DNA of 64,000 nucleotides from Brassicibacter mesophilus (GCF_050433385.1 NZ_JBNPXI010000003.1:159939-223938), one strand, 5' to 3'; positions 49,860 to 60,103 are shown, counted from the stretch's first letter. Notes: generated by a model from the sequence alone, not told the origin. Numbers and translations: made by a program.

Positions 49860-49943
49860 GAATATTAATTAGTAAAAGAAAATAAGTTTACAAAACACAA
49901 ACGATTGTATATAATGTTTATATAATAGCAAACATTATAGGGG

Positions 49944-50726
49944 TTGGTTTGGTTGAAAAGAACAGATGAATTATTTTGGAATGCTACGGTAGACGAGATT
50001 GTAAAAGGATACAAATATGATGATTTTACAGAGGAATATATATGCCTTATATGTGGAAAAAGCTTTACAAAGGGAATAATATACCCACTTTCGGACATTT
50101 TATATGATGCTCAAAAAGCTATTAAGCTTCATATTAATAATGAACATGGATCGGTATTTGAATATCTGATAAATATGAATAAAAAATATACTGGATTAAC
50201 AGATATTCAAAAGGATATACTAAACTTTTTTTATAAAGGTATTAGTGATAAGGAAATAATTGAGCTTCAAGGTGGAGGGAGTACATCAACAATAAGGAAT
50301 CATCGTTTCAAGTTAAAAGAAAAGGAGAAACAAGCGAAGGTATTCCTAGCAATGATGGAATTATTAGAAAAAAAGAAAGACAAAGGTAAACCAGAAACCG
50401 AAGGTATGGAATTCATTAATATTCATAAGGGGGCTACAATGGTGGATGATAGGTATGCAATTACTGAAAAGGATAGAGAGAATGTAATAAAAAACTATAT
50501 TAAAGAAGATAGACTTACAGTTTTCCCTAGCAAAGAAAAGAAAAAAATAATAATACTTCAATACTTCATGAAAAAATTCAAGGCAGGTATAAATTATTCT
50601 GAGAAAGAGGTTAATGATATAATAAAGCAATTGTATGATGATTATGTTACAGTAAGAAGATATCTTATTGAATATGGATTTATGGAAAGAAGTAATGATT
50701 GCAGCCAGTATCGGGTAAAAATATAA
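49944..50726 (+). CDS. transcriptional regulator, LuxR-type HTH with DUF2087-like C-terminal domain
   Basis: LTDIQKDILNFFYKGISDKEIIELQGGGSTSTIRNHRFKLKEK resembles LuxR/GerE HTH; N-terminal Cx2C...Hx4H; TTG start ambiguous (49944/49953). Confidence 0.45.
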   Translation: MVWLKRTDELFWNATVDEIVKGYKYDDFTEEYICLICGKSFTKGIIYPLSDILYDAQKAIKLHINNEHGSVFEYLINMNKKYTGLTDIQKDILNFFYKGISDKEIIELQGGGSTSTIRNHRFKLKEKEKQAKVFLAMMELLEKKKDKGKPETEGMEFINIHKGATMVDDRYAITEKDRENVIKNYIKEDRLTVFPSKEKKKIIILQYFMKKFKAGINYSEKEVNDIIKQLYDDYVTVRRYLIEYGFMERSNDCSQYRVKI

Positions 50727-50857
50727 CATAATAAAAAGGAGTGAAGATTCACTCCTTTCTATTACCTATAGGAAAGTTCTAATTTTCCTTAATATAAGCT
50801 TTCTATTAATGGGTTAAAAGGCTTAATTAATATATTGACGCTTCTATAGAAGCTTTT

Positions 50858-52636
50858 TTACAAAGAATTACCTAACTTAATAAATCTTTCAATATCCTTT
50901 TCGATCAGCTTCAATGAGCTTCTCCAAAACTCTACTGAGTTTACGTCTATATTCATCATCTTAGTGATATCGGCAATTTTATTTTTACCAGTAGATTGAA
51001 GAAGTTTATCATACTCTGGAACGAATTCTTTACCACGTTTAAGATATTCAGCATATATTCCCTTAGCAAAAAGAAGTCCAAATGCATATGGGAAGTTATA
51101 AAAGTTAAGGCTAGCATAGTAGTAATGAGGTTTATTAGCCCACATATATGGATGAAGACAACTATGATTTAAACCATTACCATAAGCTTCTTTTTGCGCA
51201 TTTAGCATTATTTCTTTAAGCTCATTTACTGAAAGGGAGTGGTCTTCTCTTATTTCGAACAATTTACTTTCAAATAAGAACCTACTATATATATCAACTA
51301 TTACCTGTCCTGCATCTGAGATAGAAGATTCTAATAGATTGAAAGCTTCTTTGTCAGATGCTTCATTAAGAGCTGCGTTCATCACTATTGTTTCACAGAA
51401 TATGGATGCAGTTTCAGCTATAGGCATAGGATAGTGACTATTTAAAATTGTTTCATCTTTAAGGCAAGAACCATGGTAGCCGTGTCCTAACTCATGGGCT
51501 AATGTAGTCATATTACTAAAGCTTCCATTAAAGTTAGATAAGATTCTACTTTCTTTTATTGCGTGAAGATTTGAACAGAAAGCTCCTCCTCTCTTACCTT
51601 CCCTAGGTTCTGCATCAATCCATCTTTTTGCAAATGCATTGTCTGCAAAGTCTGCAAGTTTATCACTGAAGGTTCTAAAGTTCTTAACTATGTAATTTCT
51701 TGCCTCTGCATAAGAAAACTTGATATCAGCCTCTCCCATAGGAGCAAACATATCATAGAAAGGTAAGCCATTTTGGTGTCCTAGTAGTTTAGCTTTTTTT
51801 CTATAATACTTATGAAATACCGGAAGACTTTCCTTCATAGCAGTAAGCATAGCGTCAAGAGTTTCCTTTTCCATTCTTGATTTTATCAGTGTTTCTTCTA
51901 TTGGAGATTTGTAACCTCGCATTTTGGAAACAGTAATGACCTCTCCTTTTATACCATTTAAGCATGCAGCAGACGATTGTTCTATTTTCTTATATGAGTT
52001 AAGTTCTGCTTCATAAGCATTTTTTCTAACATTAGGATCTTTATCATATGCCATATTTCTGACTATTGGAAGCGGTAGTTGTTTATTTTCATCTCCCATG
52101 GAGATATCAACAAGTAATGTAGATGATAACATGTTTTGAAGCTTTGACCAAGCTTTTGAGCCTGTGTTTGCCATTTTAGAAACAAGAATCTCCTCTTGAT
52201 CACTTAATAGATATTTAGAACTGTCTGCAAGTTCATTAAGATAGAAGAGATGTTCTTTTAAAAGAATAGATGAATATATAATTTCTTCAAGGTTTTCTAA
52301 AGAACCTAAGAACTTTTGAAAAGCAACTGATGGTTTAGTTAATTCGGTATATTTAGCCTGAAGTTTATCTATAAATTCAAGAGCTTTTTCATTTTTTGCA
52401 TCAACACTTGATGACAGATTTGCATATGACATAAGTTTAGTAAATACATTAGAGAATTCAATTTCATACTTAATATAATCTTCAATCTTTTTAGTAGCAT
52501 TTTCTTTTGAAGCAAGACTAGCCTCAGACCATGTTTTAATTTCTTCAATTTGCTTATAGCATTTTTCTAAATCCTTCTTAAATTCGTCGGATTCAAACGA
52601 AGTGTACAGTTCATCTAAACTCCATTTCATATTCAT
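50858..52636 (-). CDS. pepF: M3B oligoendopeptidase F
   Basis: HELGHGYH zinc motif; ~593 aa from ATG (MNMKWSLDELY) 7 nt after AGGAGG; ORF track extends to 52687. Confidence 0.85.
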   Translation of the reverse strand: MNMKWSLDELYTSFESDEFKKDLEKCYKQIEEIKTWSEASLASKENATKKIEDYIKYEIEFSNVFTKLMSYANLSSSVDAKNEKALEFIDKLQAKYTELTKPSVAFQKFLGSLENLEEIIYSSILLKEHLFYLNELADSSKYLLSDQEEILVSKMANTGSKAWSKLQNMLSSTLLVDISMGDENKQLPLPIVRNMAYDKDPNVRKNAYEAELNSYKKIEQSSAACLNGIKGEVITVSKMRGYKSPIEETLIKSRMEKETLDAMLTAMKESLPVFHKYYRKKAKLLGHQNGLPFYDMFAPMGEADIKFSYAEARNYIVKNFRTFSDKLADFADNAFAKRWIDAEPREGKRGGAFCSNLHAIKESRILSNFNGSFSNMTTLAHELGHGYHGSCLKDETILNSHYPMPIAETASIFCETIVMNAALNEASDKEAFNLLESSISDAGQVIVDIYSRFLFESKLFEIREDHSLSVNELKEIMLNAQKEAYGNGLNHSCLHPYMWANKPHYYYASLNFYNFPYAFGLLFAKGIYAEYLKRGKEFVPEYDKLLQSTGKNKIADITKMMNIDVNSVEFWRSSLKLIEKDIERFIKLGNSL

Positions 52637-52841
52637 TTTGATTCCTCCTAACCAAATGTAAATTTTAACCTTATTTTTATGATACATTTAATATGTTAAA
52701 AGTTCAATAAAAAAAGCCCTATTATAGATTAACATATTAGTTTATACTTAATAATATGAGAAGATGTTGTATTATCAACAAATAACTGATTAAATATTTA
52801 TTCAATTAAAAAATAAAATATATATCTTAGGAGGGACATAT

Positions 52842-53252
52842 ATGCTCAAAGAGCTAATGAAAGAGGGCTTTGGAAAGGATAAAAAATTGAATTGTGCTGA
52901 AAAAATCTTATATGGAGCAAATGAAGCCTATAACTTAGGTTTAGATAAAGAAAGCTTAAAGGTAGTAGCTGGATTTGGAGGGGGAATGGGTATCGAAAGT
53001 GTATGTGGTGCATTAACTGGCTCTATTATGGTCTTAAGTAAGCTTTTTGTAAATGATGTTGCACATGAGAGTGATAAAATAAAAGAATTGACTCAAGAGT
53101 TACTACATAGATATGGAAATGAAATGGGTGATATTAACTGCTCAGCCTTAAAGAAAAATCATAGAACATTATTCTCAGGCTGTGATAAGGTAATTGTAAA
53201 AGCGGCAGAAATACTAGACGATATTGTAGTTCGTGAACTTAAAAATAGCTAG
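52842..53252 (+). CDS. C_GCAxxG_C_C family (putative redox-active) protein
   Basis: 136 aa; NCAEKIL...GFGGGMG...CGALTGS...C pattern typical of this family. Confidence 0.5.
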   Translation: MLKELMKEGFGKDKKLNCAEKILYGANEAYNLGLDKESLKVVAGFGGGMGIESVCGALTGSIMVLSKLFVNDVAHESDKIKELTQELLHRYGNEMGDINCSALKKNHRTLFSGCDKVIVKAAEILDDIVVRELKNS

Positions 53253-53266
53253 AGAGGTGAAATGCG

Positions 53267-53827
53267 TTGATAAAAAGGTGTAAATGGGTAACGGATGATC
53301 CTATATATATTGAATACCATGATAAAGAATGGGGAATCCCAGTTCATGATGATAGAAAACTATTTGAATTTCTTATTCTAGAAGGAGCTCAAGCTGGATT
53401 AAGCTGGATAACTATACTAAAGAAAAGAGAAAATTATAGAAAGGTATTTGATGACTTTGATCCAGTAAAAGTTGCACAGTACGGTGAAGAAAAGATTCAA
53501 GAGCTTTTATCCAATAAAGGTATAGTACGGAATAGAAGAAAAATAGAATCAACAGTTAATAATGCTAAAGAGTTCCTAGCTATACAAAAAGAGTTTGGTA
53601 GCTTTGATAAGTATATATGGCAATTTGTTGGTGGAAGTCCAAAGATAAATAACTGGAATAGAATAGAAGAGGTGCCAGTTACGACAGTAGAGTCAGACCT
53701 AATGAGTAAGGATTTAAAGAAACGAGGTTTTAAATTTGTCGGCTCAACTATTTGTTATTCTTTTATGCAGGCTGTTGGCATGGTAAATGATCATACAACT
53801 GATTGTTTTAGGTATAGCGAAGTATAA
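53267..53827 (+). CDS. tag: DNA-3-methyladenine glycosylase I
   Basis: CKWVTDDPIYIEYHDKEWGIPVHDDRKLFEFLILEGAQAGLSW... strong Tag signature; TTG start. Confidence 0.85.
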   Translation: MIKRCKWVTDDPIYIEYHDKEWGIPVHDDRKLFEFLILEGAQAGLSWITILKKRENYRKVFDDFDPVKVAQYGEEKIQELLSNKGIVRNRRKIESTVNNAKEFLAIQKEFGSFDKYIWQFVGGSPKINNWNRIEEVPVTTVESDLMSKDLKKRGFKFVGSTICYSFMQAVGMVNDHTTDCFRYSEV

Positions 53828-53901
53828 TTGAGGTAGGAAAAAATTCCTATCTCATTTTTTATCAAAAATGTTTTTACATATATAAAATATAAAAAAATAT
53901 A

Positions 53902-53956
53902 TTGACAATACTATTGTGCTGGTGTACTATGTAATTAATACACTAATACGATAGTA
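53902..53956 (+). promoter_or_regulatory. sigma-A-type promoter (TTGACA-17-TACTAT) overlapping inverted repeat TACTAT-N20-ATAGTA with internal TAATAC direct repeat (candidate GntR operator)
   Basis: TTGACA 53902-07, TACTAT 53925-30; palindrome arms 53925-30/53951-56; 34 nt upstream of GntR gene. Confidence 0.5.
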
Positions 53957-53989
53957 TGTTTATTTTGTTTAAAAAGGAGGAGGTGTAGT

Positions 53990-54358
53990 ATGAGTCTAGA
54001 TTTTGACGAGAATATACCTATATATCTTCAGATAATTGAAATGATTAAAAGAGAAATAGTTACTGGTGAATTAAATGGAGGTGATAAATTGAGTTCTGTC
54101 AGAGAATTATCTCAACGATTAAAAGTAAATCCTAATACGATACAAAGAGCCTATCAAGAGCTTGAGAGAGAAGGATTAACATATACACAAAGAGGAATGG
54201 GGACATTTGTATCAGAGGATAAGCAAATAATAATTAAACTAAAAAAGGATATGGCTATAGGGGTATTAGATAGCTTTATAAATGGAATGAAGCAGTTAGG
54301 CTTTAGCAACACTGAAATTATAGAAATGGTAAACGAAAAGTTTAAAAAGGAGGATTAA
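53990..54358 (+). CDS. GntR-family transcriptional regulator (YtrA subfamily)
   Basis: 122 aa; KLSSVRELSQRLKVNPNTIQRAYQELEREGL HTH; short C-terminus typical of YtrA. Confidence 0.8.
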   Translation: MSLDFDENIPIYLQIIEMIKREIVTGELNGGDKLSSVRELSQRLKVNPNTIQRAYQELEREGLTYTQRGMGTFVSEDKQIIIKLKKDMAIGVLDSFINGMKQLGFSNTEIIEMVNEKFKKED

Positions 54359-54361
54359 TAA

Positions 54362-55057
54362 ATGGAACTTATATTAGAAGCAAAAGGCTTAAGCAAAAGC
54401 TATTTTAATAAAAAAGCACTCAGTAATGTTGATTTAGAGCTTCCTAAAGGGAAAATACTAGGGTTGTTAGGACCAAATGGAAGTGGAAAAACCTCTTTTA
54501 TCAAAATTGCAGCTGGGATTCTTACATCTTCTTCTGGAGAAATACTGATAGATGGACACAAGCCAGGTGTATATACAAAATCAGTAGTGTCATACCTGCC
54601 GGATAGAAACTATCTTTATAAATGGATGAAGATAAAGGATGCTATAGGCTTATTTAGGGATTTTTATAATGATTTTGATGAAAAGAAAGCGTATGAATTA
54701 CTAGACTTCATGAAGCTTGATAGCGAAGCTAAGGTGACATCACTTTCAAAGGGAATGCTTGAAAAATTTCAGCTGACACTGGTACTCTCAAGAAAAGCAA
54801 AGCTTTATATATTAGATGAACCTATAGCTGGAGTTGACCCAGTTGCTAGAGAAAAAATATTGGATGCAATCATAAATAACTATGCTGAAGATAGCTCAAT
54901 GATCATAACAACTCATCTTGTTAAAGATATAGAAAGAGTGTTTGATGATGTAGCATTCATATCAAACGGCAAGATAGTACTATCAGGAAATGCAGAAGAG
55001 CTTAGATTGAGTAAAGGAAAGTCTATTGATGAGCTGTTTAGGGAGGTGTTTGAATAA
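54362..55057 (+). CDS. ABC transporter ATP-binding protein (YtrB-like)
   Basis: Walker A GPNGSGKTS, signature LSKGMLEK (degenerate), Walker B YILDEP. Confidence 0.8.
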   Translation: MELILEAKGLSKSYFNKKALSNVDLELPKGKILGLLGPNGSGKTSFIKIAAGILTSSSGEILIDGHKPGVYTKSVVSYLPDRNYLYKWMKIKDAIGLFRDFYNDFDEKKAYELLDFMKLDSEAKVTSLSKGMLEKFQLTLVLSRKAKLYILDEPIAGVDPVAREKILDAIINNYAEDSSMIITTHLVKDIERVFDDVAFISNGKIVLSGNAEELRLSKGKSIDELFREVFE

Positions 55058-55821
55058 TGGGCAAATTATTAAAGTATGAGATTAAAGGAAGCTACAAGAC
55101 GTTTATGATAGTATTTGCGTCAATGATACTACTAAGTTTATTTTTACTATTTAAAATTGATGCTTCTAATATTATAGGGAGAACCATTGCATTAGCATTA
55201 GTCGATGTTGCAGCTTTCATGGCTATACTATTGATGATAGTAGGGTTGTTCAATAAGGAAATGTATGAAGATAGAGGGTACCTAACATTTACATTGCCTG
55301 TTAATGGAAGAAACTTTCTAGGAGCTAAGCTAGTATCTTCATTATTATGGTTTTTAGTAGCGTCAGTTATATCATTAATATTTTTATATTTCATACCTAC
55401 AGAAGATTTACGAGCTCAGATTATTCAAAGCTTAAGCACATACATTAACTGGAAAGCTGTGAGCTTAAATGTTTTATCGGAATTGTTTAGTGGAATATTT
55501 TTTATGACTATAATATTTTTCTCTATAACAATAAGTAAGATAGCATTAAAAAATAAGACAGCTGGAAAATTAACTGGATTTGTAGTTTTTGTTGCAGTTA
55601 ACATCTTTTACTCATTTACTAGCTCTAAGTTAATGCAGGCTTTTCCTCAAGAAATCAATATAGGATTATCAAAAATGAATAATGCACTTATCTTAGAAGG
55701 GAGTAAACTATCTATAGATATGCCAAGTATCAATATTGCTGCTGCTGTATTTAGCATAATATTTATGATAGCCTTATTCTGGACTACAAGCTACCTAATA
55801 GATAACAAAATAGAAATATAA
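55057..55821 (+). CDS. ABC-2-like membrane protein
   Basis: 254 aa, 6 hydrophobic helices, translationally coupled to ATPase (ATAATGG overlap). Confidence 0.5.
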   Translation: MGKLLKYEIKGSYKTFMIVFASMILLSLFLLFKIDASNIIGRTIALALVDVAAFMAILLMIVGLFNKEMYEDRGYLTFTLPVNGRNFLGAKLVSSLLWFLVASVISLIFLYFIPTEDLRAQIIQSLSTYINWKAVSLNVLSELFSGIFFMTIIFFSITISKIALKNKTAGKLTGFVVFVAVNIFYSFTSSKLMQAFPQEINIGLSKMNNALILEGSKLSIDMPSINIAAAVFSIIFMIALFWTTSYLIDNKIEI

Positions 55822-55883
55822 ATAAAAAAGACTTGCTTCATTTGATGATGATGATATGATGCAAGTCTTTTTTTTACATTTAT

Positions 55884-56150
55884 TTATTCTTTTTCACTAC
55901 CTATTCTGATAACTTCTCCCATTTTAGACATTATATATTCATATCCACCAATACTATGAGGAATTGTACAGCTGGAACAGTCTTTTATCCCGTTATTGTA
56001 TTTAAATCCACCACCACACTTATCTTTTAACATATATAATGGGCAATAGCAAAATAGACAGTTAAATTCGTCGTTATTTTTTACTTTATGGCATGGAAAA
56101 TATTCGCATTTAGAGTTCTGAAAAAACTTATAATTTTCGCTCATTATCAT
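55884..56150 (-). CDS. cysteine-rich small protein (multiple CxxC)
   Basis: 88 aa with CEYFPCH, CLFCYC, C..GGG, CSSC motifs; RBS GGAGAGATG on - strand. Confidence 0.5.
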   Translation of the reverse strand: MIMSENYKFFQNSKCEYFPCHKVKNNDEFNCLFCYCPLYMLKDKCGGGFKYNNGIKDCSSCTIPHSIGGYEYIMSKMGEVIRIGSEKE

Positions 56151-56455
56151 CTCTCCTACTGATAAAATTTAAAATGGCTTGTACAAACTATATACCTATG
56201 AAACTATTATATATTAAAAGTCATTACAAATAAATAGAATAAGAAATTTTTAAAAAATGAATGAAAGTTTAATATCATTCACAAAAAATAGTACTTAAAA
56301 TAGCTTTTTTTAAAGATTTCTTAAAGGAATTTAGAAAAAATAGTAGAAAAATATAGAAGAGAAGTAAAACATTCACAACAAATTAATGCTTTTTTCGACA
56401 CAAGCATACAAAATGCATGAATTCTTTGTATTTCTATCTAAAAGGAGAGACGTGA

Positions 56456-58765
56456 ATGGAATTATTTTCTGTTATGACGTTTACAGCAACATTTATAATA
56501 TTAGCTATAGGAATGTATGTTGTAATTTTAAATCCAAAAAATAGTGCAAATATACTGTTTCTTTGTTTATGTTTAAGTGTATCTGTTCTTAGCTTCACGT
56601 ATACAGATTTAGTGTTTTTCAGAATAGGAGAAAGTACTCTTATTTGGTATAGAATATGTTTATTTTCAGTTTGCTTCTCTATTCCATTGAGTACGAGTTA
56701 CATTTATGCTTTTACTAGGAATAAACGTAATTATGGCAAGCTGTGGAAGCAAATGATTCTTTATCTTCCTGCAGTTATTTTTTATTATACTGGATTATCC
56801 GAAGATTTTGCATTTGAAGTTATACTAAAAGGGAATATAGTTTTTGCAAGTTTACCTAAAAAAGAGCCTATTTGGTTTTGGAGCTTTTTCTTGTATTGTA
56901 TAACCTGTTTTATGCAGTGTATTAACTATATTGTTACCTGGTACAGATATTCAAAAAGCAATATGGCAAAGAATAAGGTGAAATTTTTAGTGGCATTTTG
57001 TGTTGTCCTACTCTTTTTAACTTATTCTCCATATATTATGTATACTATCGTAGGTATAAAGTCTTTCATAGCACCTCTTCAACTGTTATGGGTAATATTC
57101 GGCATTGTTTTTTCTATGGTAAAGTACAAAATGGCTATATACACTCCAGTTATTGCAGCTGATAAAATAGTTTCAACTATAGATATAATGTTTTTTGTGG
57201 ATACCTATGGAAATATAGTAAAAACTAATGGTAAAACTTTAGAACTATTAAGGTATGATCTAGATGATATGTTAAATAGGAATATTAGAGAAATAATTGA
57301 TGATAAAAGTATAATAACTAAGGAGAAAAAAAAGCTTGAAGATGAAAAATTGGAATCTAGCAGAATTGAGCTAAATCTTTTAACAAAATATAATGATGTT
57401 GTACCAGCTAGTATAACCTTGTCGATTGTGAGAGATAATTTTAACGATTTAGTTGGATATGTACTTACTGGGCAAGATTTAAGGTATACTAAAAAGCTTG
57501 AGAATGAAATAATTAGAAGAAAGGAAGTCGAAATAGAGCTTAAGAAAAGTAAAGAAAAATATAAAATATTTTTCGAAATGTCTACTGACTGTATATATGT
57601 GATAGATATTGATGGAGAAAGAATTATTGAAGCAAATCCAATTACACTAAATAAGTTTAAAACATCACTAGAAGAACTGTCAAAAGCTAGTGTATATGAT
57701 ATATTTACAGATAAAAATGGCAGGAAAGTTAAACAGAATATTTTAAAACTAGGAGCAGGAGATGAAATACGAGGATTAGAGCTTGAAGCTAAAGATACAT
57801 CAGGCAAACAACTTATATTTGAGATAAATATATCACCTATTTTTGAAGATGGTAAGTTAGTTAAAATATTGAACTTTGCTCGTGATATTACTGAACGTAA
57901 GCATGCTGAAGAGCTTAATAAAAAAGTTGAAGAAAAAAATAGATTGTTAAGTCAGCTACAGTATTATGATAAGGTGAGGAATGAATTTTTAGCAAATATA
58001 TCCCATGAACTAAGGACTCCATTAAATATTCAACTTGGTGTTCTTCAAATGTTCGATATGATATTAGCTAAACCAATAACTGAAGAAAGGAAAGATAAGT
58101 TAGTTAGCTACTCTAATATATTAAGGCAGAATTGCTATAGATTAATTAGAATTGTAAATAACCTTATTGACATAACAAAAATAGATTCAGGACATTTAGA
58201 TATTAAGTTTGCAAAATGCAATATAGTATATCTTATTGAAGAGATAACATTTTCCGTAGCAGAATATATTAAGGATAGAGAAAGAATACTGATATTTGAT
58301 ACTGATATTGAAGAACAAATAATTACCTGTGATCCTGAAAAAATAGAAAGAATAATATTGAATCTTTTGTCTAATGCTATTAAATTTACTGAGAGAGGAG
58401 ATACCATAAAGGTTAATATAGAAAGTAAAAAAGAAACTATTATTATATCTGTAGAAGATACAGGCATAGGAATACCTGATGAAATACATGACATAATTTT
58501 TGAAAGGTTTATTCAGGCAGATAAATCCTTTACAAGAAGAGCTGAAGGTAGTGGAATAGGGCTATATATTGTTAAATCATTAGTGGAAATGCATAATGGC
58601 AATATTTATTTAGAAAGTAAATATGGTTTAGGAAGCAAATTCATAATAGAATTACCAGCATACCATATTTCAAATAATGAAATAGCTGCTACATATATTG
58701 AAGAAGAATCTATAAATGAGCATATAGAAAGAATAAATATTGAGTTTTCAGATATATACTCATAA
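56456..58765 (+). CDS. membrane sensor histidine kinase with PAS domains (orphan; paralogue of 24965..26611)
   Basis: ~7 TM N-domain, two PAS-like regions, H-box LANISHELRTPLN, HATPase_c (LSNAIKFT, DTGIGIP, GSGIGL); C-terminal tail ...INIEFSDIYS identical to first kinase. Confidence 0.8.
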   Translation: MELFSVMTFTATFIILAIGMYVVILNPKNSANILFLCLCLSVSVLSFTYTDLVFFRIGESTLIWYRICLFSVCFSIPLSTSYIYAFTRNKRNYGKLWKQMILYLPAVIFYYTGLSEDFAFEVILKGNIVFASLPKKEPIWFWSFFLYCITCFMQCINYIVTWYRYSKSNMAKNKVKFLVAFCVVLLFLTYSPYIMYTIVGIKSFIAPLQLLWVIFGIVFSMVKYKMAIYTPVIAADKIVSTIDIMFFVDTYGNIVKTNGKTLELLRYDLDDMLNRNIREIIDDKSIITKEKKKLEDEKLESSRIELNLLTKYNDVVPASITLSIVRDNFNDLVGYVLTGQDLRYTKKLENEIIRRKEVEIELKKSKEKYKIFFEMSTDCIYVIDIDGERIIEANPITLNKFKTSLEELSKASVYDIFTDKNGRKVKQNILKLGAGDEIRGLELEAKDTSGKQLIFEINISPIFEDGKLVKILNFARDITERKHAEELNKKVEEKNRLLSQLQYYDKVRNEFLANISHELRTPLNIQLGVLQMFDMILAKPITEERKDKLVSYSNILRQNCYRLIRIVNNLIDITKIDSGHLDIKFAKCNIVYLIEEITFSVAEYIKDRERILIFDTDIEEQIITCDPEKIERIILNLLSNAIKFTERGDTIKVNIESKKETIIISVEDTGIGIPDEIHDIIFERFIQADKSFTRRAEGSGIGLYIVKSLVEMHNGNIYLESKYGLGSKFIIELPAYHISNNEIAATYIEEESINEHIERINIEFSDIYS

Positions 58766-58822
58766 AATTACATATAATAATGTTATATAAAAAGCTTAAA
58801 AGGATAATTAAGAGGTGATAAA

Positions 58823-59326
58823 GTGAAAAAAGCTATCTTTTTAGATAGAGATGGAGTAATAAATGATAATAAGAGGCATGTAAATAAGCCTGATGATTTG
58901 GTTATTTACGATTCCGCAAAACAAGGTTTAGATAAGCTTTACAGAGCTGGATATGATTTGTACATTGTTACGAATCAAGGTGGTGTTGAATTAGGGCATC
59001 TAACAGAATACAATTTAGATAAGATCCATGAAAAATTAGTGAATGAGATTAATCCATATTGTGAAATAAAAGATATAAAGTACTGTCCTGACTTCAAGAG
59101 AAAATCTGATTGCAGAAAACCTAAGCCAGGTATGATTCTAGAACTTGCAGAAGAGTATAATATTGATTTAAAACAGAGTTGGATGATAGGAGATATGGAT
59201 ACAGACGTTGAAGCAGGTATAAGAGCAGGATGCAAAACTGCTAAAATAGGTAAAATTAATGATAGTGCAGATATAAATGGAGATAATTTAAATGATGTGG
59301 CTAAAAAAATCATACAATTAGGATAA
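58823..59326 (+). CDS. HAD-IIIA family phosphatase (GmhB / histidinol-phosphatase-like)
   Basis: FLDRDGVIN motif I, VTNQGG motif II, CRKPKPGM, GD..DV motifs; GTG start after GAGGTGA. Confidence 0.75.
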   Translation: MKKAIFLDRDGVINDNKRHVNKPDDLVIYDSAKQGLDKLYRAGYDLYIVTNQGGVELGHLTEYNLDKIHEKLVNEINPYCEIKDIKYCPDFKRKSDCRKPKPGMILELAEEYNIDLKQSWMIGDMDTDVEAGIRAGCKTAKIGKINDSADINGDNLNDVAKKIIQLG

Positions 59327-59328
59327 AA

Positions 59329-59358
59329 TCAAACCGTATTTTTACGGTTTTTTTTTTA
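59329..59358 (+). terminator. rho-independent terminator
   Basis: AAACCGTA-ttttt-ACGGTT followed by T10. Confidence 0.8.
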
Positions 59359-59473
59359 CAAATATTAGAATTAAAAAATTGTTTTTAACTTTCGTGCTAG
59401 GTTATTATAACATGAAAGGAATTTTGATACTAGTGTAGAATTCAGATTTAAAACATCAGTACAGGGGGTCCAA

Positions 59474-60103
59474 ATGGGAGCATATGAAATAAATACTATA
59501 AAAATCTTACGGAACAAAACAATAAGAGAGATAAAAGGACTAGTACTTCTAAAGGATTTAGATGATAGCTTCGTTATTGATCTAAAATATGCAACAGAAG
59601 ATAATTTTGTTAGAAAAGCAGTATATCCGGTATCGATATGTGCAATAAGAACAGAAACAGGCGAAAAGCTGGTAAGAGCTAATCAGATTTTCAAAAAAAA
59701 GGGATATACAATAAAAGTATGGGATGCGTATAGACCATTACATGTGCAAAGGTTGTTTTATGAAGCATATCCTGATCCAAATTTTGTAGCAAAGCCACCA
59801 GAAAATCCTATGATATCTGGCTTTGAGCCTAGTCATAATAATGGAATGTCAGTAGATATTACTTTAGTAGACATAAATGGAAATGAAATTGAAATGCCTA
59901 CGGAGTTTGATAACTTTACTGATAAAGCAGCCACAAATTCTCTTGAAATGACTGAAAATGCAAGAAAAAATGTTAATTATCTTATCGAAGTTATGGAAAG
60001 TGTTGGATTTAAAAACTATGAGGGAGAATGGTGGCACTTTAATGATGTCATGGAAACGCCTTTACCATATTTAGATATACCATTACAAGCTTTTATTGAG
60101 TAA
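59474..60103 (+). CDS. D-alanyl-D-alanine dipeptidase (M15D, VanX/DdpX-like)
   Basis: WDAYRP, SxHxxGxAVD (SHNNGMSVDI) and EWWHF motifs. Confidence 0.8.
   Translation: MGAYEINTIKILRNKTIREIKGLVLLKDLDDSFVIDLKYATEDNFVRKAVYPVSICAIRTETGEKLVRANQIFKKKGYTIKVWDAYRPLHVQRLFYEAYPDPNFVAKPPENPMISGFEPSHNNGMSVDITLVDINGNEIEMPTEFDNFTDKAATNSLEMTENARKNVNYLIEVMESVGFKNYEGEWWHFNDVMETPLPYLDIPLQAFIE

Noticed and set aside
57205-58494. Minus-strand ORFs of 200, 119 and 97 aa
   Set aside because: Antisense to histidine kinase gene; Ser/Leu/Ile-rich translations typical of AT-rich antisense frames
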